Shown: positions 1 to 9,403 of the stretch, in pieces
How positions within the stretch are numbered: the first letter of the stretch is position 1
Layout of the letters: every line of letters starts with the position of its first letter
Assembly: GCA_017556045.1 (NCBI GenBank)
Contig: JAFZFF010000046.1
Location: 13,004-77,003, forward strand
From: Bacteroidaceae bacterium
Lineage (GTDB): Bacteria; Bacteroidota; Bacteroidia; Bacteroidales; Bacteroidaceae
Reading direction: 5' to 3'
DNA length: 64,000 nucleotides
Position numbers and translations under genes: made by a program
The notes under the pieces: model-generated
Told to the model about the DNA's origin: nothing
Seen by the model: only the letters and a program-made list of their open reading frames with translations
Databases searched by the model: none

Positions 1-542
1 AGGCCGACAAGGGTACTTTCGAGGTTGGTGAGACCGTGAAGCTCGCATATGTTGATCAGCAGCATCAGGATATTGACCCCGAGAAGACCGTATATCAGGT
101 AGTGAGCCAGGGCAACGAACTCTTCCGCATGGGTGGCCGCGACGTGAATGCACGTGCATACCTCAGCCGATTCAACTTTGCCGGTAGCGACCAGGAGAAG
201 CTCTGCTCAATGCTCTCTGGTGGTGAGCGCAACCGTCTCCAGCTTGCTCTTGCCTTGAAGCAGGAGGGTAACGTATTGCTCCTCGACGAGCCTACCAATG
301 ATATCGACGTAAACACCTTGCGTGCGCTCGAGGAGGGTCTCGAGAACTTCGCTGGATGTGCTGTAGTCATCAGCCACGACCGCTGGTTCCTCGACCGTAT
401 CTGTACACACATCCTCGCCTTCGAGGGCGACAGCCAGGTATTCTTCTTCGAAGGCTCATACAGTGAGTACGAAGCAAACAAGCAGATGCGCCTCGGCCGC
501 GAAGAGCCCAAGCGTATCCGCTATCGCAAGCTGACAGAGTAA
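1..542 (+). CDS. ettA: ABC-F ATPase, EttA-like, C-terminal part (5' end cut by window edge)
   Basis: The frame is open to the window start. It carries the ABC signature LSGGERNRLQLA, Walker B LLLDEPTNDIDV and the H-loop SHDRWFLD of a second ABC cassette. Confidence 0.85.
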   Translation, partial: ADKGTFEVGETVKLAYVDQQHQDIDPEKTVYQVVSQGNELFRMGGRDVNARAYLSRFNFAGSDQEKLCSMLSGGERNRLQLALALKQEGNVLLLDEPTNDIDVNTLRALEEGLENFAGCAVVISHDRWFLDRICTHILAFEGDSQVFFFEGSYSEYEANKQMRLGREEPKRIRYRKLTE

Positions 543-643
543 TTAGTAATATTGTCCGTCTATGACATCGTGCACTTCAAGGTCGCTGACCGGAGGAAAA
601 AGCAAGAGTCTCTGTGAAAGCAGATAATGACAAAACAAACCTT

Positions 644-679
644 GAGGGTGTGTCACCAGACACACCCTCTTCTCTTTTT
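644..679 (+). terminator. Rho-independent terminator-like hairpin
   Basis: GAGGGTGTGTC-acca-GACACACCCTC (11-bp stem) is followed by TTCTCTTTTT. Confidence 0.55.
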
Positions 680-829
680 AAGCTCAGTCCTCACAGTTCA
701 TTGCCCATCGCCTTACGCCTCCTCTGTGCTTTTTCATATCTACATTCGGCAGAACTGCATACCCTATGGAATCTGTTGTTTTTCAATTGAGTGTAGTTTT
801 GACATTTCCCACACATCGTACTTGCAATA

Positions 830-960
830 AAATATTATTGCAGGTGCATAAGAGAATTATTGCATGTGTAGAATTTTTACAATCAATGTGTAGACGCGCT
901 GAGAAGGAGACCTGCAATTTTTGCAACGAAGGTCTGTGATTTTTCTCGCGGGCAGGCCGA
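830..960. repeat. Intergenic repeat family, copy 1 (copy 2 at 50633..50741)
   Basis: Both copies share the blocks TATTGCATGTGTAGA and CTGCAATTTTTGYRACGAAGGTCTGTRATTTTTCTCG. Confidence 0.6.
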
Positions 961-1049
961 ACTTATAATAGACTTCCGATTACAGAAAAACGATGTGTTC
1001 AAGGCGAGGCGCTACAGCGATGACTTTCTATAGCGTCCATCACATATGA

Positions 1050-2990
1050 TTAACCATTAATCCTTCGTGGGGTGTTGTCAGAGAGTACTTGGTGTACGAT
1101 CTCGGCGACCATCTGCTTGAGCTCGTCGGTGAACTGCTTGGCGTCGTAGCGGTGGGCCTCGATCTCACGCAGGCGCTTCTCCCAGATGCCGGTGAGCTCG
1201 GCGCTCTTGAGGAGCTCTTCGCGGATGAGGCTGATGAGCTCGATGCCGGTGGGGGTGGCGACGAGGTTTTTGCGTACCTTGGTGACGTAGTTTCGCTTGT
1301 AGAGGGTCTTGATGATCTCGGCGCGGGTGGCGGGGCGGCCTATGCCGTTCTCCTTCATGGCATCGCGCAGCTCTTCGTCGTCGACAAACTTACCAGCGGT
1401 CTCCATGGCTCGTACGAGGGTACCTTCGGTATAGGGCTTGGGGGGCTGGGTCCAGCGCTCCATCAGCTCGGGGGTGTGGGGACCTTGCTCGCCTTTGGTG
1501 AATTGGCAATTGACAAGAGACACTTGAGGATTGTCTGTGTTCTCAGAGTTCTCGGAGGTCTCAGAGTTCTCAGAGGAGAAACCTTTGTCGAAGACCACTC
1601 GCCAGCCTGGCTCGATGATCTCTTTGCCCGAGGTACGGAAGGGGATGCCGTCGGTCTCGCCGAGGACGGTGGTGGTGCGGGTCTTACAATCGGGGTGGAA
1701 CACGGCGATGAAGCGGCGTGTGATGAGGTCATACACCTTCTTCTCGGTGTCGCTGAGCGCCTGGGGTACTACACCGGTGGGGATGATGGCATGGTGGTCG
1801 GTGACCTTCTTATTGTCGAATACCTTCTTGGACTTGAGCAGGGGACGGCCATGCAGGGGGGTGATTAGGTGCTGGTAGTCGCGCAGGCCCATGAGTATCT
1901 GGGGACACTTGGCGTATACGTCGTCGCTGAGGTAGGTGGTGTCTACACGGGGGTAGGTGGTGACCTTCTTCTCGTAGAGTGACTGCACGGTCTGCAGGGT
2001 GACGTCGATGGGGATGCCAAAGCGCTTGTCGCACTCGGTCTGCAGGGAGCCGAGGTCGAAGAGCGAGGGGGGTAGCTCCTTGCCATCTTTCTTTGTTACC
2101 GAGGTGATGGTGAAGGGCTTGTCTTGGATGCGCTCGATGATGGCTGCGCCCTGCTCGCCACTGGCGATGGGGTCGAGGCCTATGTTGTCGGCTTCGGCAC
2201 GGCGCCATGCCTCGGCCATGTCGAAGGGTTGGCCCTTCTTCTCGGCGGCCTCTTTCTTTTTCTCGAGGTCGGCCATTAGGTCTTCATCGCTACGGCGCAT
2301 GATGGCGTTGAAGGTGATGCCGCGGTAGAGGGTCTTGAGCATCCAGTATTGCTGGGGCACAAAGTTCTCGATCTCTTGCTGGCGCTTGACGATGAGGGCG
2401 AGGGTGGGGGTCTGCACACGGCCAATGGAGAGCACCTGGCGGTTTTGTCCGTACTTGAGGGTGTAGAGGCGGGTGGCGTTCATGCCCAGCACCCAGTCGC
2501 CGATGGCGCGGCACAAGCCTGCCTCGTAGAGCGACTGCTTGTCGGATGCGTCCATGAGTTTGGCGAAGCCTTCGCGTATGGCCTCGTCGGTGAGCGATGA
2601 TACCCATAGGCGCTTCACAGGGCACTTGGCCTCGGCCTTCTGCATCACCCAGCGCTGTATGAGCTCTCCCTCCTGGCCAGCATCACCGCAGTTGATGATC
2701 ATGTCGGCATTCTGCATGAGGGTCTTGATAATCTCAAACTGCTTCTCGATGCCTCGATCATCGATGAGCTTGATGCCGAAGCGGGGCGGTATCATGGGGA
2801 GGCTGCCCAGCGACCAGCTCTTCCACTGGGGGGTATAGTCGTGGGGCTCCTTGAGGGTACAGAGGTGACCGAAGGTCCACGTCACTTGGTATCCGTTGCC
2901 CTCCATATATCCGTTGCGCTGGGTGTGGGCACCCAGCACGTTGGCAATGTCCTTTGCTACACTCGGTTTCTCCGCTATACAGACTATCAT
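1050..2990 (-). CDS. topB: DNA topoisomerase III (type IA)
   Basis: 646-aa ORF with Toprim N-terminus MIVCIAEKPSVAKDIA, the type IA motif GRVQTPTLALIV and ATG at 2988-2990. Confidence 0.9.
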   Translation of the reverse strand: MIVCIAEKPSVAKDIANVLGAHTQRNGYMEGNGYQVTWTFGHLCTLKEPHDYTPQWKSWSLGSLPMIPPRFGIKLIDDRGIEKQFEIIKTLMQNADMIINCGDAGQEGELIQRWVMQKAEAKCPVKRLWVSSLTDEAIREGFAKLMDASDKQSLYEAGLCRAIGDWVLGMNATRLYTLKYGQNRQVLSIGRVQTPTLALIVKRQQEIENFVPQQYWMLKTLYRGITFNAIMRRSDEDLMADLEKKKEAAEKKGQPFDMAEAWRRAEADNIGLDPIASGEQGAAIIERIQDKPFTITSVTKKDGKELPPSLFDLGSLQTECDKRFGIPIDVTLQTVQSLYEKKVTTYPRVDTTYLSDDVYAKCPQILMGLRDYQHLITPLHGRPLLKSKKVFDNKKVTDHHAIIPTGVVPQALSDTEKKVYDLITRRFIAVFHPDCKTRTTTVLGETDGIPFRTSGKEIIEPGWRVVFDKGFSSENSETSENSENTDNPQVSLVNCQFTKGEQGPHTPELMERWTQPPKPYTEGTLVRAMETAGKFVDDEELRDAMKENGIGRPATRAEIIKTLYKRNYVTKVRKNLVATPTGIELISLIREELLKSAELTGIWEKRLREIEAHRYDAKQFTDELKQMVAEIVHQVLSDNTPRRING

Positions 2991-3099
2991 ATACTGCTCT
3001 TCACATTTTTCGGGGCGCGAAGTTACTGCTTTTAATTAAGAATAAAAAACATTTTCGGGGTGAATGCTGTTACTTCGGTGAACTAAATATTTCATTGCT

Positions 3100-3483
3100 A
3101 TGAATACGATTCAACTGAACGAGGATGATTTCTTGCGTGTCGTGGCTGATTATCACCTCTCAAGCAATCAGTGGCACTACCTGGGCGACCGACCTGCCAT
3201 AGTGGACTTCTACGCTACGTGGTGTGGCCCGTGCCGTGTGTTGGGGCCCATGCTCGAGGAGATAGCTTCGGTCTACAGGGATAAGATATATGTATACAAG
3301 GTCGATGTAGATGAGTGTGAGGCGCTGGCCAATGCCTACGATATACGCTCTATACCTACCACGCTCTTTATCCCCATGAAGGGACATCCCGTGAAGATGG
3401 TGGGCGCCATCAATAGACGCGAGGTGGAGAGACTTATCAAGGATGTGTTACTCAAAAACCAGTGGCACCATGCAGAAGTATAG
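3100..3483 (+). CDS. Thioredoxin-family protein
   Basis: WCGPC active site in a 127-aa ORF. Confidence 0.85.
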   Translation: MNTIQLNEDDFLRVVADYHLSSNQWHYLGDRPAIVDFYATWCGPCRVLGPMLEEIASVYRDKIYVYKVDVDECEALANAYDIRSIPTTLFIPMKGHPVKMVGAINRREVERLIKDVLLKNQWHHAEV

Positions 3484-3646
3484 ATGTACCGTATGTGACT
3501 GGGTGTATGACCCTGCAGTGGGGGATCCTGAGCGTAATATACCGGCAGGAACGCCCTTTGACGAACTGCCTGATGACTGGACCTGTCCGCTCTGCTTTGT
3601 CGGGGTGGAGGACTTTGAACCCTATGACGAGATGGCTCCTACTTGA
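3470..3646 (+). CDS. Rubredoxin
   Basis: 58 aa from the internal ATG ([15 protein letters not shown]...[10 protein letters not shown]) with two CxxC pairs. It overlaps the thioredoxin 3' end by 14 nt. Confidence 0.85.
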   Translation: MQKYRCTVCDWVYDPAVGDPERNIPAGTPFDELPDDWTCPLCFVGVEDFEPYDEMAPT

Positions 3647-3686
3647 CGCTCTCGCTCGGCAACTCTGTATCGCAGGGTTGCTTTTT

Positions 3687-4502
3687 TTATAGCTCAAACT
3701 TGGTGGCCTCGATCTGCTGCTCGAGGGTATCATCAAGTGGGGCGAAGAAGTCGTAGCCGGTGAGGGCCTCTATGTCATCGACGGTGCGGGCATAGTAGGT
3801 GAGGGGCTTCTTGCCTGCCTTGTTCTCGAAGACGAAGCCATAGGCCTGCGGGCTTCCGCTCTCGAGGCCGAAGAGGACTACCTTGAAGAAGGCTTCGGGG
3901 ACGCGTACCTGATGCTTGTCGCCGATGTATTGGGGATTGGTGCGCTTGAGCAGGGGACCACAGGCGACGTATACGGTAGTGCCTGTCTCGGCCCATCGGC
4001 GGCATTGTTGCTCGAGGGTGCTCCACACACCTGCATTGAGGTTGTGATTTTGCGGACACATATTGGTCATGTAGAACGACTCGTCCATGGCGCGCCAGTG
4101 GTAGCGGTTGTCGGCCGCAGGACACATGTGGCCACGGTCATACCCACTACCCGTATAGTCCTCGGTGGTGACGGCCAGGTCGGCAGGTAGCTCGGGGTCG
4201 GGCTGGAAGTTGTTGCTACGGCTTTCGCGCTCGATGAGCTCGTCGGCGGTGATGCTCCACGCTACCCAGTTGGGGATGTTGGTCTTGGCATTGAACGATA
4301 CGGTGTAGTTTGTCTTGCGCAGTATCTGCTCGGGGGTGCCCTTGGCGGTGATGGGTATCTCTATGCCTGTCGCCGTCGTGGTATATGCCTTGTGTGGGAC
4401 TTTGTTTACATTACTGCTGATGATATCAGCTATGGGGAGGTCAAAGTAATAGCACAGACCTACTATAATCACCACGAGGGTGCTCAATAATTTCTTCTTC
4501 AT
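3687..4502 (-). CDS. Secreted DNA/RNA non-specific endonuclease (NUC, beta-beta-alpha-Me)
   Basis: DRGHMCPAADN motif. I moved the start to the ATG giving the signal-like MKKKLLSTLVVIIVGL. Confidence 0.8.
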   Translation of the reverse strand: MKKKLLSTLVVIIVGLCYYFDLPIADIISSNVNKVPHKAYTTTATGIEIPITAKGTPEQILRKTNYTVSFNAKTNIPNWVAWSITADELIERESRSNNFQPDPELPADLAVTTEDYTGSGYDRGHMCPAADNRYHWRAMDESFYMTNMCPQNHNLNAGVWSTLEQQCRRWAETGTTVYVACGPLLKRTNPQYIGDKHQVRVPEAFFKVVLFGLESGSPQAYGFVFENKAGKKPLTYYARTVDDIEALTGYDFFAPLDDTLEQQIEATKFEL

Positions 4503-4705
4503 CGTACGTATATGGGGGAATGTGATATTTTCGCGATGTAAAGGTAGTAAAATCTTTTGTAACGAATGGCATCGGTACGAAAAATATATGGCAGGGTAGG
4601 GCACATATATCAATAAAAATACCTACATTTGCAGAAACATGATGTCCCACTCGGTGGATATCGCTCATTTTAAGTATTACCATTTAACACAAAATCAAAC
4701 AAGGT

Positions 4706-6871
4706 ATGAGAAAATTAAGCTTGTTAGCCTTGGCATTGTCAGCGACGATGGCCCTACAGGCAAAGGACATTCTCGTAAACACACCCAACACGAGTCTGCT
4801 ACTGAAAGCTGATGAGGGACAGCCCCTTCACATTAGTTACTATGGCGAACGTATCGATAATGTGAGCCAAGTGTATAACGCCTATAGCCTATGGGAACAT
4901 GCCTATCCTGCCTTTGGCGCAGGATGTCAGAACGTCCCTGCACTCAGCGTGAAGCATTTTGATGGTAACATGAGTACCGAGTTGGTATACACCAACTATG
5001 CGGAGAAGGCTGAGGCAAACTCAACCCTCCACACCATCACGATGAAGGATAAGGCGTATAACTTCTACGTGGACGTATGCTACCGCGCATACAACAATAG
5101 TGACGTGATTGAGACATGGACCGTCATCCGTAACGAGGAGAAGAAGCCTGTCACCCTGCTCAAGTATGCCAGTGGATACATGCCTTTCCGTCAAGGTAAC
5201 GCTTGGGTGAGCCACCAGCATGGCGCGTGGGGCTCAGAGTCATACATCTACGAGGAGCCTCTGCAGGCAGGTGCTTTCGAGGTTCACGATGTGAATGGTG
5301 CGCGTAACGCTATGCGCAACCGCCCCAATATCATGATTTCGCTCGATGGTAAGCCCCGCGAGAACGATGGTCGCGTCATCGGTGCTGTGCTCTGCTGGAG
5401 TGGTCCCTACCGTATCACCATCGATACCCGTAACCAAAAGGAGCATCACCTCATAGCAGGTATCAGCGAGGCACACTCAGAGTATACCCTCAAGAAGGGC
5501 GAGAGCTTCACCACTCCCGAGCTGGCCTTTGCCTATAGCGACGAGGGTATGGGTGGCGTGAGTCGTAGCTACCATCGCTGGGCACGCCTTAATAATAAGG
5601 TACATAATGGCACCGCACTGCGCAAGATCCTGCTCAATAGCTGGGAGGGCGTATACCTCAACGTAAGCCAAGAGGGCATGGAGAAGATGATGGATGGCAT
5701 CAAGGAACTTGGTGGCGAGTTATTCGTGATGGACGACGGTTGGTTTGGTGACAAGTACCAACGCTCTGTAGATGACTGCGCATTGGGTGACTGGGTGACA
5801 GATACCCGCAAGCTCCCCAATGGCGTACCTGCACTGGAGAAGGCTGCTACTGAGCGTGGCCTCAAGTGGGGTATATGGATTGAGCCCGAGATGACCAACA
5901 CCAAGAGTGAGCTCTATGAGAAGCACCCCGACTGGATCGTATGTCACCCCAACCGCACACCTATCACAGGTCGTGGAGGCACACAGCTCATCCTCGACAT
6001 GAGCAACCCCGAGGTGCAGGATTTCGTGTTCGGCGTGGTGGACAATATCATGAAGGAGACCCCCAATACCTATTATATCAAGTGGGATGCCAACTTTGAG
6101 ATTCAGAACTTCGGTTCTAAGTACCTCAGCGGTGACAATCAGAGCCACCTCTACGTGGACTATCACCTTGGCTTGAAGAAGACCCTCGAGCGCATCCGTG
6201 CCAAGTATCCCGAGCTCGTAATCCAGTGCTGCGCCAGTGGTGGTGGTAGAGTCAACTATGGCCTCATGCCCTACTTCGATGAGTTCTGGGTGAGCGACAA
6301 TACCGATGCTCAGCAGCGCCTCTTCATCCAATGGGGTACCAGTATGTTCTTCCCTGCTTGCGCTATGGCACAGCACGTGAGCGCATCGCCCAACCATCAG
6401 ACAGGTCGTGTCATTCCCCTCAAGTTCCGCTTCGATGTGGCTATGACCGGACGTCTCGGTATGGAGATGAAGCCCAGCGACCTCACACCCAAGGAACTCG
6501 AGTATGCAAAGAACGCAGTAGCTACCTATAAGGAGATACGTCCTATCATTCAGCATGGTAATCAGTATCGTATCCTCTCACCCTATGACAAGACAGGTTA
6601 TGCCTCTGAGCTCTACATTACTGACGACAAGTCTGAGGCTATCTTCTTTGCTTATAAGTATGAGCACTACGTGAACCAGTTCCGTCCTCGCTTCCACTTT
6701 GCAGGTCTTGACCCCGATGCAACCTATAAGCTCACCGAGCTTTGCCGCAATGGCCGCACCGACCACTGGGAGGGCCGCACCTTCACCGGTAAGTTCCTCA
6801 TGAACCAGGGTGTGGAGATTGCCTTTGGTGGACAATTCTCAAGTAAGGTGATCCGTCTGGTCAAGCAGTAA
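4706..6871 (+). CDS. Alpha-galactosidase, GH36
   Basis: 721 aa with signal peptide, FVMDDGWFGDKY and YIKWDAN motifs typical of GH36. A TACATTTG -7 box lies about 75 nt upstream. Confidence 0.85.
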   Translation: MRKLSLLALALSATMALQAKDILVNTPNTSLLLKADEGQPLHISYYGERIDNVSQVYNAYSLWEHAYPAFGAGCQNVPALSVKHFDGNMSTELVYTNYAEKAEANSTLHTITMKDKAYNFYVDVCYRAYNNSDVIETWTVIRNEEKKPVTLLKYASGYMPFRQGNAWVSHQHGAWGSESYIYEEPLQAGAFEVHDVNGARNAMRNRPNIMISLDGKPRENDGRVIGAVLCWSGPYRITIDTRNQKEHHLIAGISEAHSEYTLKKGESFTTPELAFAYSDEGMGGVSRSYHRWARLNNKVHNGTALRKILLNSWEGVYLNVSQEGMEKMMDGIKELGGELFVMDDGWFGDKYQRSVDDCALGDWVTDTRKLPNGVPALEKAATERGLKWGIWIEPEMTNTKSELYEKHPDWIVCHPNRTPITGRGGTQLILDMSNPEVQDFVFGVVDNIMKETPNTYYIKWDANFEIQNFGSKYLSGDNQSHLYVDYHLGLKKTLERIRAKYPELVIQCCASGGGRVNYGLMPYFDEFWVSDNTDAQQRLFIQWGTSMFFPACAMAQHVSASPNHQTGRVIPLKFRFDVAMTGRLGMEMKPSDLTPKELEYAKNAVATYKEIRPIIQHGNQYRILSPYDKTGYASELYITDDKSEAIFFAYKYEHYVNQFRPRFHFAGLDPDATYKLTELCRNGRTDHWEGRTFTGKFLMNQGVEIAFGGQFSSKVIRLVKQ

Positions 6872-6901
6872 TATCGTACCATATCAAACTCGATAATTAT
6901 G

Positions 6902-6938
6902 TATGGGCAATTCCTATGGAGTTGCCCATATTTTTTTT
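6902..6938 (+). terminator. Rho-independent terminator of the GH36 gene
   Basis: TATGGGCAA / TTGCCCATA stem followed by T8. Confidence 0.7.
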
Positions 6939-7072
6939 GAGATAATATAGCTGTTGTCCACAAAGCAAAATCTGCATCGGTTGTCATCCTGACGGCAGGA
7001 AGGATCCCGCGCAAGGACTTGACAAGAGACATATGCGAGAGAAAGAGATTCTTCGCTACGCTCATAATGACA

Positions 7073-7129
7073 CTCCTTAGTGGCGATAAACCGCCAGCCG
7101 TCGCAACCGACGCTTTCATACCGCGTCGG
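7073..7129. repeat. REP-like hairpin repeat (inverted copy of 44789..44845)
   Basis: CTCCTTAGTGGCGATAAACCGCCAGCCGTCGCAACCGACGCTTTCATACCGCGTCGG matches the reverse complement of the 44.8-kb copy apart from a few mismatches. It contains the hairpin CCGACGC...GCGTCGG. Confidence 0.7.
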
Positions 7130-7190
7130 CACTTCGTTCAACATGACAAACGAGGTTTTGTACAACACCTATATTATCCCCTAATAAGAA

Positions 7191-7216
7191 AGGGCGTACC
7201 TTGGAGGGTACGCCCT
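7191..7216 (-). terminator. Terminator-like hairpin downstream of the acyl-CoA synthetase gene
   Basis: Perfect 10-bp stem AGGGCGTACC/GGTACGCCCT, followed on the minus strand by TTCTTATT. Confidence 0.5.
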
Positions 7217-7266
7217 GTAGGGGAGGAGAGGAGCTGTGTGTGCTCACTCTCGTATGTGCTGGTCTA

Positions 7267-9168
7267 TTACTTCAGTGAGTCGAGGTTCTTCTCATTGAAG
7301 CAGCTCTTGCCTTCGGGTGTGTAGAGAGCCTCGATGCGGTCAGCGTATGCCTTCTCGATCTTACCACGTACGATCTTCATAGTACTGTTCATCATACCAT
7401 TCTGCTCGGTGAATGCCTCGGGCAATACGGCGAAGGTGCTGGGCAACCAACGGTCGGGGAAGAGCTCTGCGAGGTCGCCACCCTTCTTGAAGCGAGCGAT
7501 GTCGGCGTCGATGATCTCTACGCCAGCCTTGCGGCCCTCCTCTGTCGTGAGGTCGAGACCCTGCTCTTTGAGGCGTGTGCGGATGTTCTCCTTGTTGGGT
7601 ACGAGCAGTGCGATAGTGTACGGAGACTGGTTGTTATAGAGGATTACCTGATCTACTGTGGGCAGGTGCTCTACAAATGCCTCTTCGATACCCTCGGGGC
7701 TGTACTTCTCACCATCGCTTGAGATGAGCAAGCTCTTGAAACGGCCCTTCACATAGAGGAGGTTCTCCTCTGACATGTAGCCGAGGTCACCGGTATAGAG
7801 CCATCCGTCACGTACGGTGTCAGCAGTAGAGTCGGGGTTCTTCCAGTAGCCCTTCATCACGTTCTCACCCTTAACGACGATCTCACCGAGTTCGCCTGTG
7901 GGGAGCTCCTTGCCATCGCTATCGCAAATCTTGATTTCGATGGGCTTCACGAGCTTACCGCTTGATCCGAAGCGATAGAGGTCGGGACCATTAGATGAGA
8001 TTACGGGAGTAGCCTCTGACAAGCCATAGCCCTGGAACATAGGCATACCTACGCCTACGTAGAATTTCTGCAAGTCCTTGTCGAGCAATGCACCACCACC
8101 TACGAAGAACTTGATCTCGCCACCGAAGCCCTCGCGCACCTTTGAGAAGACTACCTTATCAAAGAGAGCCACCAGAGGCTTCAAGAGCGCACGCAAGCCC
8201 TTGCGGTCGAGGTTGCTATCGCCATAGTAGCATTGGTTGATGGCCATACCCCAGTTGAAGAGGCACTCGGTCAAGGCACCCTTCTTCTTGATATTGCTCT
8301 CGATGCTCTTCTTGAAGTTCTTTGCCAATGAGGGCACACTGAGGATAAAGTGGGGACGCACCTCCTTAATATTAATAGGTATATTACGCAAGGTCTCAGC
8401 ACCTGTACGACCTACCTGTACGGTAGCAGCAGTAGCACCGCGCGACATCATGATGTAGAATCCTACCACGTGAGCGAAGCAGTGGTCGAGAGGCAAGATG
8501 ATGAGCGTACGCCATGACTGGTCGATGTACAAGAGTGTGCAAGACTGCTCTACGTTAGCTGTATAGTTGCGGTGTGTGAGCACTACACCCTTGGGGTCAG
8601 CAGTAGTTCCGCTGGTATAGGTGATAGTAGCGATGTCATCATTTTGCAATGACTGACCTACTGCGAGGAACTCCTCCATGGTGTGAGTCTTGAGCCAATC
8701 GTCACCCATCTGCTGCACTTCGCTGAGTGCAATCTCGCGCTCCTCATACTTCTCCTGAGCGTCGAAGACGATGATCTTCTCCACCAAGGGGAGCTTATCC
8801 TTGATGAGGCGTACCTTCTTGAGCTGAGTGCCCGATACCATGATATACTTCACGTCACCATGGATGAGACGGAACATGAGGTCATTGCTCTCCTCGAGCT
8901 TGATAGAGAGGGGCACGTTAGTAGCACCAGCGTAGAACATCGCCAGCTCACCGATGATCCACATGTTGCGACCTTCGCTGAGGAGCGCCATGTTGTCACC
9001 CTTCTTTACGCCGAGGGCCTGCAGGCCAGCACCAAGCTGGTATACCTTCTCCTTTACCTGTGTATAGGTAGTAGGCTCAAATACTTTGTCAGTCTTTTCT
9101 AATAAGAATGTATTGTTCGGGTAGTTGCGTACCGATTCTTCGAACAAATCTACTAAGGTTTTTTTCAT
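7267..9168 (-). CDS. Long-chain fatty-acid--CoA ligase (AMP-binding family)
   Basis: YTSGTTADPKGVVLTHRN AMP-binding motif. Start set at ATG 9166-9168 (MKKTLVDLFEE). TAnnTTTG boxes lie upstream on the minus strand (about 9225, 9255). Confidence 0.85.
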   Translation of the reverse strand: MKKTLVDLFEESVRNYPNNTFLLEKTDKVFEPTTYTQVKEKVYQLGAGLQALGVKKGDNMALLSEGRNMWIIGELAMFYAGATNVPLSIKLEESNDLMFRLIHGDVKYIMVSGTQLKKVRLIKDKLPLVEKIIVFDAQEKYEEREIALSEVQQMGDDWLKTHTMEEFLAVGQSLQNDDIATITYTSGTTADPKGVVLTHRNYTANVEQSCTLLYIDQSWRTLIILPLDHCFAHVVGFYIMMSRGATAATVQVGRTGAETLRNIPINIKEVRPHFILSVPSLAKNFKKSIESNIKKKGALTECLFNWGMAINQCYYGDSNLDRKGLRALLKPLVALFDKVVFSKVREGFGGEIKFFVGGGALLDKDLQKFYVGVGMPMFQGYGLSEATPVISSNGPDLYRFGSSGKLVKPIEIKICDSDGKELPTGELGEIVVKGENVMKGYWKNPDSTADTVRDGWLYTGDLGYMSEENLLYVKGRFKSLLISSDGEKYSPEGIEEAFVEHLPTVDQVILYNNQSPYTIALLVPNKENIRTRLKEQGLDLTTEEGRKAGVEIIDADIARFKKGGDLAELFPDRWLPSTFAVLPEAFTEQNGMMNSTMKIVRGKIEKAYADRIEALYTPEGKSCFNEKNLDSLK

Positions 9169-9403
9169 AAAGTCTTTATCTTGTGCGCCATGCCTCATGG
9201 CTCAGGGCGCTGATTTATAATGTGCAAAAGTAAGGTGTGTTCTCCGAAATTGCAAAGATATGTAAATAAAATGTGGTGAAATACGCCGTTTTTGGGGCAA
9301 ATATACCAGATTTTTCCTTGTTCTGAGGCGAAATCACACCTTTGTATACTACACTTTAGACACTGTTTGGGCTTTATTTCAAGTTTAGTTGAGAGGCGTT
9401 TTC

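Noticed and set aside
627-830. 67-aa ORF in the gap after ettA.
   Set aside because: It begins inside the ettA terminator hairpin. It has no promoter box and an implausible composition.
1089-2838. Several long plus-strand ORFs (259, 115, 109, 83 and 99 aa) antisense to topB.
   Set aside because: They lie entirely inside a well-supported 646-aa topoisomerase III gene. Their products are low-complexity (G/L/V/A-rich) shadow translations typical of the antisense strand of GC-rich coding sequence.
6724-7324. ORFs of 131, 84 and 101 aa across 6.7-7.3 kb.
   Set aside because: They run through the GH36 3' end, its terminator and the REP-like repeat block. Their sequences are repeat-derived, and similar 'proteins' would appear wherever the repeat occurs.
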